Assembly (NCBI GenBank): GCA_013239625.1
Contig: MU053934.1
Location: 8,887,352 to 8,951,351, forward strand
Source of the DNA: Lama guanicoe
Lineage: Eukaryota
Length of the DNA stretch: 64,000 nt
Direction of reading: 5' to 3'
Shown here: positions 36,620-47,200 of the stretch, piece by piece
Numbering within the stretch: the first letter of the stretch is position 1
Layout of the letters: the number at the start of each line of letters is the position of its first letter
Translations under genes and position numbers: made by a program
The notes under the pieces: model-generated
Databases searched by the model: none
Told to the model about the DNA's origin: nothing
Seen by the model: the letters and a program-made list of their open reading frames with translations, nothing else

Positions 36620-37446
36620 TTTTAAAATTGAAGTATAGTTAGTTTACAATGTCAGTTCCTGGTATAGTTCGTCATACATATACATACATTTATTCATTTT
36701 CATGTTCTTTTTTTCTTGTATATGTATATATATTTTTTATTGGAGTAAAGTCAGTTTACAATGTTGTGTCAGTTTCTGGTGTACAGCATAATGCTTCAAT
36801 CGTACATTAACATGTATCGATTTTCATATTCTTTTTTATTATAGGTTACTACAAGATACTGAATATAGTTCCCCATGCTATACAGTATAAACTTGTAGTT
36901 AATCTATTTTATTTATAGTAGTTAGTATCTGCAAATCTTGAACTCCCGATTTATCTCTTCCCACCCTCTTTTCCCCGTTGGTGACTGTAAGTTTGTCTTC
37001 TATGTCTGTGAGTCTGTTTCTGTTTTGTAAATAAGTTCATTTGTCTTTTTTAAGATACCACATCTAAGTGATATCATATGGTATTTTTCATCCTCTTTCT
37101 GGCTTCACTTAGAATGACAATTTTTAGGTCCATCCATGTTGCTGCAAGTGGCATTATTTTATTCTTTTTTATGGCAGAGTAGTATTCCATTGTATAAATA
37201 TACCACAACTTCTTTATCCAGTCATCTGTCGATGGACATTTAGGTTGCTTCCATGTTTTGTCTATCGTAAATAGTGCTGTTGTGAACATTGGGATGCAGG
37301 CATCTTTTTGAATTAAGGTTCCCTCTGAATATATGCCCAGGCTTGGGATTGCTGGATCATATGGTAAGTCCATTTTTAGTTTTTTGAGGAATCTCCATTC
37401 TGTTTTCCATAACGGCTACACCAAACTACATACCCACCAACAGTGT
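36620..37446 (-). mobile_element. L1 (ORF2 C-terminus plus 3' UTR, doubled 3' end)
   Basis: ORF 37074-37373(-) [14 protein letters not shown]...[31 protein letters not shown] is the L1 ORF2p C-terminus. Confidence 0.9.
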
Positions 37447-38189
37447 TAAAATTTTTTTAATATATTTCCTTCTTGATAGTAAGTATTATAGAATTAGGGG
37501 GAAATATGATTCTGGAAAAACTGTGGAAGATGGAAATAGTTTGGCAATAGGGACCTAGCTGGTTTAAGATTCCTGTTTCATGTAAGCTAAGAACTGACCT
37601 TGTATTTTGACTGTTTTTTGGACTGGATTTTATTTGGCTGGTCTGGAGTTCAGTACGGCCAAGGGGAGGCCTGGCATCCCAGAAGACTTGCTCGAAGTGT
37701 CACGATCTATCTCAGGTGCACCACTCAGTAGCCTGCAGAGCTCATGGTCCCCTGGACGCTGTATCTGGCTTACTTTTTTATGCCACGTGCATCATCTTCC
37801 TCCTGTGATAAGTCATTTGTGTTCATGTTGACTGGAGGCTGTTCTGAAACACAGACATAAACAGGTCCATGTGCAAACACCCAGCACCGAGCCCACTGCT
37901 CCAGCTGTGCTCCGTCACCTGGTTTTCCTCCCTTTTCTGTCCAGTGTAGCACTTTGGAGAAGCTGAGTCTGAGACTTGGCCTGGCCTGCAAATCACAAGT
38001 TAGGAATGGGGGCTTAGGAACTGTTTTGGATGTATGTTTTTATAGATGATGCTTTTTGGATATTCTAATTTAAAGAAAGCTCCAGGACCTTTGATTTTAA
38101 TTCCAGCCTCATCTCTCTTCCAGGATACTAATAAGAGAACTTTTATCTGGGAAGTAGAAGTTGCTTCTGAATCTCTTTAGGATTCACAG

Positions 38190-38236
38190 ATGGATTCAGT
38201 GGAAAAGACAACAAATAGAAGTGAACAAAAATCAAG
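38190..38236 (+). CDS. FAM118A: FAM118A exon 2 coding part (exon starts at 38181)
   Basis: ctctttag|[27 protein letters not shown], donor AG|GTAAAT. Confidence 0.93.
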
Positions 38237-41200
38237 GTAAATAAAGTCGACTGCACTTTCAGACAGGTCTATGGCCTCCATCACAGGCCTCCTTGTCTGT
38301 TCTTTAGTACCTACGAAGGCGAAAGTGGGGTGAGAGCACTGGGTCAGGAGGGGAGCTCAGGGGCCCTGTAACTACCCCTTGCTTCCACGTGAGAAATGCT
38401 CCAGAAGGCAGTTTCCTTTCTGCCCAAGGAAGTGCCCATAGCCTGGTCCCCACACCAAGCAGCAGGTGATCAGAGGGTCACATCTAAGACCAGGGGTGCC
38501 ACGCCGTGCAGGAAGGACGTCTCTGTCAGCAGGCAGGTTACGCTGTTGTGAAGTGAGGCTGGAGGAGGGGTGCTTGCCAGCGTGGGTTGGGACTGCTGCG
38601 TAGCGGAGGGCCGGCGCTTTGCCAGGGGTTTGCTTTTCTGTCACTGCAAGCAGGGATCATTTTGTCGTCATCGTTTGTATGCAGAAGCTCTTTGCATTTT
38701 TAAGGGAAATTAAACTGCTGAGCTTTGCTGTTCATAAATGTCTATCACTTAAATGTGTGCTCAACACCATGGGGGACTCAAAGTGAGGAAGACACAACTG
38801 TCTCCAAGTCCCTTGTGGGATGAGGATAGAGCATGTGAAATTAATACACAAAAAAGAACAATGCACAGGATTTACTTCCAGTTAGTATAAGCTAGGGGGA
38901 TGGTGTGTGTGTGTCCAGTGCAAGGCTGTACTTGACCTCACCCTTCACAGGTGTTCCCAGACTGCACTGTTTTTCTTTGTGGTTGTAATACTTCCATGCT
39001 GACTGTCATTCTCTGCCTCCCTTGATTTTAAGTAGAAAGTTTCTGAAGAGCCTCATCCGGAAACAGCCCCAGGAGCTGCTCCTGGTCATTGGCACTGGTG
39101 TCAGCGCTGCCGTGGCCCCGGGCATCCCCGCGCTCTGCTCGTGGAGGGGCTGCATCGAGGCGGTCATCGAGGCCGCCGAGCAGCTGGAGGTGCTGCACCC
39201 AGGGGACGTGGCTGAGTTCCGCAGGAAGGTGATGAAGGACCGGGACCTGCTGGTTGTTGCCCACGATCTCATCCGGAAGATGTCCCCTGTAAGTCTTCTC
39301 AGACAAGGACTTTGGGTGGCACAGGGGGCAACTTGATTCTGGGCACAGGTCAATCTGTGAATCTAGTGTTTTAATTTCTACAAGCCTGCGTCATGTTTGT
39401 TTCCCACAGAGCTGGGCTGATGAGCCAGAAATCTCTCAGTCCATTTGAATATTGTCTCTTTAAACAGAGGGGATGCCAGGCGCTGTGCGGGCTCCTGAAA
39501 CAACCTGTGTTTCAGACGGAGCCTGGATACCTGAGCTTGTGTCAGGGACCAGCCTGCTGATCTCAGCCTTGGTTAGTGAAGGGTGGGGTGTCCAGGTCTG
39601 AGCAGGCCGGCCGGCCACGTCTCTCCTCATGACAGGTGGTTCCTAAGCACTTCAAGGTGGGAGAAGATGTAGCTTCTGTGTCTGCAGGTGGAAGGGACTA
39701 CCAAGGGGGAAGGGCAGTGGGTGAGACAGAGATGCTCGCTGGGTGATGCCCTGGAGTCAGTGGGGCTGGTGCTCTCACCCAGGTCTCAGCCAGGTCATCG
39801 CCATCCAGGATGCTTGCGCACTGGCCTGTGGCAGGTTTCTCATTCTGTTTATTGAAGGACAGCCGTCATCTGAGGGGTGGGGAGATGTTGGATTGATAGG
39901 GAGAAAGTATGAAAACCAGCGTGCAGAATTCAGACTGCTGTGAAAAGAAACCTAAAAGCACATGGCTCAAATGTGACTGCATTTGTGTTTCTACAGAGAA
40001 GCCTGGGTGGGCAGCCACGGGAGAGCCTAGTGGTGTGGCTGTGGGGGGGACGCGGGCTCCTTTTTCTTGGTCTGCCATCGTCACTCTGCAGCTTCCCCCT
40101 GACGCCCCAGGTTTGCCGCCCCAACTCCCACCATAATGATGTGCGTCTTCCGGGGGGGGGAGACTGGGACTGGGAGGGAGGGCCGTGCGGCATCCCGTCT
40201 GGATTTTGACAGGCAGGCCACATACCCCGCTCTGTTTTCATGGCATTGGCCAGAGTTCTCATGTGGCCAAACCTGGCTTCACCAGAGTCTGGGAGAGTCT
40301 GGGTGGCGTGCCAGGTGTGGGCGTCCTGTTCTCACGGGACAGCTGGCATCACAGGGCAGGGGTGGCTGCTGCTTGTTTTCATAAAGAGAGTGTGTCGGCT
40401 CAGAGCCGGCCGCCCGTCTGCGTGCTGCCAGTGGCCGCTGTCCCGCCCCAGGCAGGGCTGGGTAGTGGCCGCAGAGACCGCGACCGCGAAGCCTGCAGCT
40501 GCTTGTTCCCTGGTCCCTTAGAGACAGTAGCTGAGCCCTGTCCGGGGAGGCAGAGGGGGTGGACCAGAGGAGGGTCATAGGGCTGGGAGCCCGTTCAGAG
40601 GAGGTCATTCCTTTGAAGAGAGGCCAGCTCGGTTGATACTTGTTGAATCAAGGAGATGAGTATTTATCTTACTCTTTTCTTTACTTTTGTGTCTTTTTGA
40701 AAACTTCCGTAAAAAGAGCTGAAGTGAGGCCAGTCAGGATGGTGGTTTTCCCCAGCCATGTTCAGCAGGTTGAGAACAGATTTAGAGTAAGTGGAGAGTT
40801 AGTTTTATCAGGGTTGGGGTTTTGCCAGGGAAGTTGACAGCGTTTTGAGGAGTAACTGCAGTGCTGCGTCGTGGAGTCTAGGCTGCCTGATGGGAGAAGT
40901 CAGGCCGGCGGCAGGTGAGAGACAGTGGGTCGTGGCAGCGTGTCTTGATGGGGTTGAAGTTTCCTGGGAGCCAGGGTGCAGGAGAGCTGGGCAGGTGGCG
41001 GGAGAGGCCGGACCAGGGGTTCTGGAAAGGGTCCCGCTGTTGGTGATGACAAGGTTTGGGATGTGACTGCGTCGTGGTTGGTGGAGGTGGGACAAGAGCG
41101 CAGTAGGAGAGTGCTGGGCGAGTTGAGAGGCCGTGGTACAGACGGGGTCATCCACATGCAGGCACACCCGCCGCGAGCTATGACAGAGGTGTAGCTGGAG

Positions 41201-44200
41201 AGACTTTGCACCCCCACATCTTCGCTGGTTGGGGCGTCGGGGTGCAGGGGTGTGGGGAGCCGGCTTCCAGTGGAGGAAGGAGGCAGACGTTCCCAGGAGA
41301 GGATGAAGACGTGGGGGCTTACTAAGGACGGGTCCCTGGGGACAGTGGAGGGGTTTTCAGGGCTGGGAGGGCTAGGAGAGCGTCAGAAAAGGGCGTGCCA
41401 GCCGTGGGGCAGCCGGCCTCTGCAGGGATATGCCTGGGGGAGAGCAGTGACGGCCACTCCCGAGCCTGAGGGGAGGGGGCGGCCCAGCCGAGGGCGGGCA
41501 GAGGGGTTGCGTGTGAACTCCGAGTTCAGGCTCCACAGCGTGTGCCCCCAGCCCCGGGCGAGGCCGGTGAGGGGAGGTAGGACAGGCGGCGCAGGAAACC
41601 TCTGGACCCTGCGTCCTCCTCGCCCCGCCCCCGCTCCTCCGGTCCCCTTCACAGCAGCTCCCCAAGGGTAGGTGTGTTTGCCCTCCTCCTGCGCCAGCCA
41701 GGCCCTGCCCCCCTGGGCAGTGGCCTTCGGCGCTGCATCCACCCCGGACCTCCCCCTAGTCCTGCTGGAGCTCTTGGCAGCATGGCACGCTGCCTTTCAT
41801 CTACTGTCCTAGACTGATGAGGAAGAGGAAGCTGGGCCTTTGTGTCTCTCGCAGAGGGAGAGGCGCAGTCTTCAGCGTGGTCCTCAGGGCCCCGCGTGAC
41901 CAGCTTCCAGGTCACCTCTGACCTCGCCTGTGACACATGCCTTCACTGTGCTCCGGAGGCCGGGCCAGTGCTCACCCCCCCTGCCTGTGCTGTCACCTCA
42001 GTGCCGTCTCACCTGTTCGTCCCTCTGATGGCGGCTCTCTCCAGGGCTCCTCACTTCTCAGCCTCTCCTCACACCCTGTATCCCAGTCCCTTCCTGATGC
42101 CCTTTGGCCCGTCCAACCTTTGCCCCCACAGTACTCGCCCCTTTCTCTGCTTTGCTTTTCATCACGGTTGATGTCTTACTTACATTATTTGCATGTTATC
42201 TGTCTCTCTCCTCCTTTTACCTCTTTTAATAAACTCTACAAGGTCAGGGGGAGGGGACAGCTCAGTGGTAGAGTGCGTGCTTAGCACGCACGAGGTCCTG
42301 GTTTCAACCCTAGTACCTTGGTCAAAATAAATTAAAAAAACAACCCTAATTCCGCCCTCACAAAAAAAGACAAAACAAAAGTAAACCCTACAAGGTCAAC
42401 AGATTTCTTTCTTTAAAAAAACAAAAGAAAACCCCCGTAGCCTAGCACCTGGTGTGTCGCAGCGCCCGCCTAGGCGCACTGGCTGTTGACGGGTGATGTT
42501 TTTGTAACTCCGGTCCACCTCTCCGTAGCGCACGGGCGACACCAAGCCCAACTTCTTCCAGGACTGCCTGATGGAGGTCTTCGACAACCTGGAGCAGCAC
42601 ATCCAGAACCCGCTGGTGCTGCAGTCCATCCTCAGCCTGATGGACAGGGGCACCATGGTGCTGACCACCAACTACGACAACCTGCTGGAGATCTTCGGGC
42701 AGCAGCAGAGCAAGCCCATGGAGTCCCTGGACCTGAAGGACAAGACCAAGGTACGGGCCGGGGGCCAGGCCGGGCCGCGCCTTCGCACCGCCGGGGGGCA
42801 GCGGCCAGTTAGTGGTCAGGGAGGCGCCGCCCGCTCCCCGCCATGCAAGGAGCCGCGAAGGCCTGGGACGGAGGGCACTGCCCCCGCTTCTAGACGGGGG
42901 CGACAGTGGCAACGTCGCCCCCAGTTTGATGCTGTGAATTGTGGTTAATTTGCTTACTTATTTATTTATTTTAACAAATTGGGGTTGCAGTGTATGTAAA
43001 GTTTTTATCCCTGTTTTTCTTCATTAATACTCTACTGTGAGCATTTTCTGTCATTAAGCTGTTTTTATTGATTCATTTACTTGTTTACTTTTATTGAAGT
43101 GTAGTCAGTTACAGTGTGTACACAGTGTGCACAGCATCATATTTCAGTCCTACATATACATACATGTATTCGTTTTCATATTTTTTCATTTAAGCTGTTT
43201 TTAGAAGCATGATTTTAAATGTAATTTCATTGTGAGGCTACACTATAGTTGTCACCTTCCTCTGTCATTGTTGGCACTCTTCACAGTTGTAAATAATGCT
43301 ACAGGGGAAATTTTTACACTTTTAATAAATTCCTAGAAAAGTGTTAGGGTCAAAGGGTATGACTGTTTTAAAGAGAAATGATATAAATTACTGAAGTGTT
43401 TGCTGGAAGATTACCGTGCTATGTAAGGGGGAGTCCATTTCCCACATCTTGCCGGCACGTGGTGGTGCTGCAAACCAGACAGAGCACACTTCTCCCACTG
43501 GATAGGAGCACATGTTACGTTTTTATTTGTCACTAAGGTTGAACATAATTTCGTTACGTTGACTGTACTTCTGTGACCTGTTTGCCTAAAGACTTATAAT
43601 ATGACCACCAGCTCCCATGCTGCCTGTGTTAACCTGCTCCACCATGGGAGGAGGCCTCAGCCCAGCTCCACACGCAGGGAAACTGAGGCACACTGAGACT
43701 GTGTCCCATTCGGGACCCAGGAAGTGTGCCGGCTCGGCTCAACGCCGGGCTTCCCTTTGGCAGTCGCGGCCCAGGCCCCTGCCCTGTGAGGGGGCCGGGA
43801 GAGGCGCTGTCACCCTCATGGCGGGGCCGCTGGTGACACGTGATAGAACACCTGCTGCACGTCAGGACAGCGAGGGCCCATCTGTGTGGCTGCTCGCTGC
43901 TGCACATGGTGTCTCTGGAAATGCCCCGCAGATGGCGTGTAACAGAGACGCCGGCTGGTCCTGGGCCTGCGCCCGGCGGCAGGGGCGGTGGTGGCGGTCG
44001 ATGGCCTGGGGCTGGCAGTCCCGCCCCCGATGCGAGAGGCCCGGCCTGAAGACGAAAGTGTGCACAAGTTGTGCGTCTCCTTAAGGACCTTGTTCTGCAT
44101 CTTGACATGAAGTCAACACAGAGCTACCTGAGGAATTATTTTTTCCATGTACATCTCTTTTGGGTGTAAAAACGATGTTTACACAGCAGTAATTAAAATA

Positions 44201-47200
44201 CAACATGTGACTCAGAAGTGAAGGCCGTCCTGATCTCCCTAAAGGCACCGGTCTTAAAGGGCGAAACACTCTGAGATGCTGAAGGTACCCTCTCTGTCAC
44301 TGTCTCGGGCTTTAGAGAGGCCCTTGCTGCTGTGGTGCGCGTGAGTAACCAGCACCAGCGGCCGAGGTGCCCGTGGGTCTTAAGGGCACAGCTATAAGGT
44401 AAAGCATCTCTCCTGCCGCTTCCAAGGTAGGTGAGAGGCCAGGAGCCGATGTAGGCATTTCCCTCTCGTGTGTGTCCGGCTTGCTCCCCGGCAGGTCCTG
44501 CAGTGGGCGAGGGGCCACATCAAGTACGGAGTTCTGCACATTCACGGCCTGTACACCGACCCCTGCGGGATGGTGCTGGATCCTTCGGGATATAAAGACG
44601 TCACTCAGGACCCAGAAGTCATGGTACGCCCGGCCGGCCCGTCGCTGGCTGAGCCGTGGGGCGGTGTGTGCGGCCCTCTTGCCTAGGGGGGTGGTGGCAC
44701 TTGTGCGGTGAGACTCCAGGCCCCAACGGTCTGGAACATTCTTCTCTGGCTGCTCCTCCCCACTCATCCCTTCTGTGTTCATTCAGCCACCTCCTCTCCT
44801 TTCTCTGCTTCACAATCTCTTTAGCTTTCAAAACCTAGCTTTAAAATTTCACTCTTTGTGAGGCTATTTGATATCCTTGACGGAGTGAGGTGTTTGCAGA
44901 CGCTGCTTCCCAGCTTTTTATAAACTCGTTGATTATGGCTCTTAGGAGCCCCGGGGTCCTCACCGCCTCACCATCAAGCTCGGAGTCAGGCCTCTGGCCT
45001 CGGTGCTGATCCCTGCGCACAGGGTGGCCCCGTGGACGACTGGGCTGACGCCCTTCAGCTGCCTCAGGGATGGCGTCGGTGGGGATGAGAGATGCCCTGC
45101 TGACACTGAACCTCACTGAGGTGTCTGGGTGTCTGAATTGGTGATTCTCTGCTGTGTGCCTGAGTGACCCCATTAATAATCTTGGCCTCCCCCTGCACCT
45201 ACTCCCTTGGGTCATTGTCACCAGTTCCCTCCTCAGCTCTCCTGCCCTCACTCCCTACAACCCTGTTCTCGGGACACCAGGCCCCTCCCTGCAACGTTCC
45301 CACCTGTGATCCATTGAGACATTCATTCCAGGGCATTGCACGTGCACAGCTCTAAACCAAAAAAAACTTCATGTCCTTATGTTTTAACCATTTAAAGCTG
45401 TGCATAATTCTAGAAGGTCTGAATTGAGTGACCGCACTGACAAGGTTGCTGGTGGTGTGGTGGGCAGTAGCGCCTCTACACGGGTCTGAGGCCGGGGCCG
45501 GGGACCCTGGGTTGGAGACAGAGAGGCTCTTTCTTCCTGCCTTCCTTCCAGTGGGTCTTGGGAAAGGCCGCTTAGGCAGCCCGATTTAAAAGGGCAAGTG
45601 TGTGACGTTATGGTCTGTCCTAAGATCTTGCTGGCTTTCACAGGAAGTCTTCCAGAACTTGTACCGCACGAAGTCTTTTCTGTTTGTGGGCTGTGGAGAG
45701 ACCCTGCGTGATCAGATATTCCAGGCTCTCTTCCTCTATTCGGTGCCGAACAAGGTGGACTTAGAGCACTACATGGTTGTGCTCAAGGAGAGTGAAGACC
45801 ACTTCTTCAAGCACCAGGCGGACATGCTTCTGCACGGAATTAAAGTTGTGTCCTACGGGGGCTGCTTTGACTATTTTCCAGGATATGTGCAAGACCTTGC
45901 TGCTCAGATCTGCCAACAGCGAAGTCCAGGTACAGGATTTTTTTTTTTCACTTTTCAATATACAAAACCGACAGGATTCTTCCAGTTTTTGCTTTTTTTT
46001 TTTGTAGATATACTTTACATACCATAAATTTGAGATGTAATTTTACATACAGTCAGATGCGCCAGTCTTCCCGTTATTTATTTATTTTTAGTGTCTCTGT
46101 GTACTTAAAAAACAGCAGATGGGGAACTTGGTGTGATGGTGACAGTCTGTAAGGAGAGCTCTGCTGCCACTTGCATAGCTGTACGTGGAGCCCCACACGT
46201 CTGTCCCCGTTTCACGCGACGTGGCAGCTTCACGTCGCCTTCCCCAGGAGGGGGCACTGCCCAGGCAGCTCCATTGGTTGTGACACTGAACACCTGGAAA
46301 ATGGCGGAGTCTTGTACCTTCACCCGTCACTGCGTTTTAAAAGCTAAAGCTGCAGAGGCACAAAGGGCTTTTATGAAGACTTTTCTTTCTGTTCTCATAT
46401 GATGTCTTTTCCCTGTTCTGCTGAGTGCAACACACCTTTTCAGTGAATGTCCTCGGCCCTTCTTCTGGGGAGTTGGTCATCTGCCAGGAATGACCAAGGT
46501 GACTGAGCACTTCTTAAACTGGTCACCTGGACATAAAGGCTTTGAGGTTGGTGTCACTAAGCATGGATGACGGCAGACTTGGAAAGGCCTGTGTGGGCTC
46601 TCGTGTTGTAACAGGAAACCCAGCCGCGGTCACCCACGCGGTGGAGTTGGCTTAACCACCGAGGTGGCAGGACGTGACCAGTGGTGACCTTGAAGACTAG
46701 ACAGCGCAGAGATCATGGTGACCGAACGCACAGATAATCCAGCAACTTCATTTCTTCCCACTCGTCCTTTTCAGAATTGCTAATAATTAGCAAAATGGAC
46801 CGATTTAAGCTGCATTTCCATTAATAACAGCACATTAATAACAGCCTAGGACGGCAGGCAGTGTTTGCTGAGGGGGGAGGAGGGACTGCTGCCGCGTCAC
46901 ATGCTGCTCCCAAGTCTACCTTCTTGCGCTTGTTGCATCGTTAGTCCCAGCACCCGCTGCTGCTAAAGGATGAGGCAGGCTTGGCGGGGGGCTGACCTGC
47001 CCAGTTAGTGCCCGGGACCCCAGGCTGACAGCAGAGTGGAACGTGTGACTGGCTGTGTCCCCGCACGCGCTCTGGGGGGCAGCGGCTCCAGTCCCTCTGC
47101 CCCTTCCCACTGTCCCTCCCGCCTGCACTGGCACAGCTGCCTGGGGGGCCAGCACCCAGCTGACGGCGGGGGCTTCCTGTCCCCGCTGGGCCCCCTGGCC

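Noticed and set aside
37074..37373. 99-aa ORF with protein-like sequence (also 485-751, 676-933, 48914-49256)
   Set aside because: L1 ORF2p C-terminal remnants or their antisense frames.
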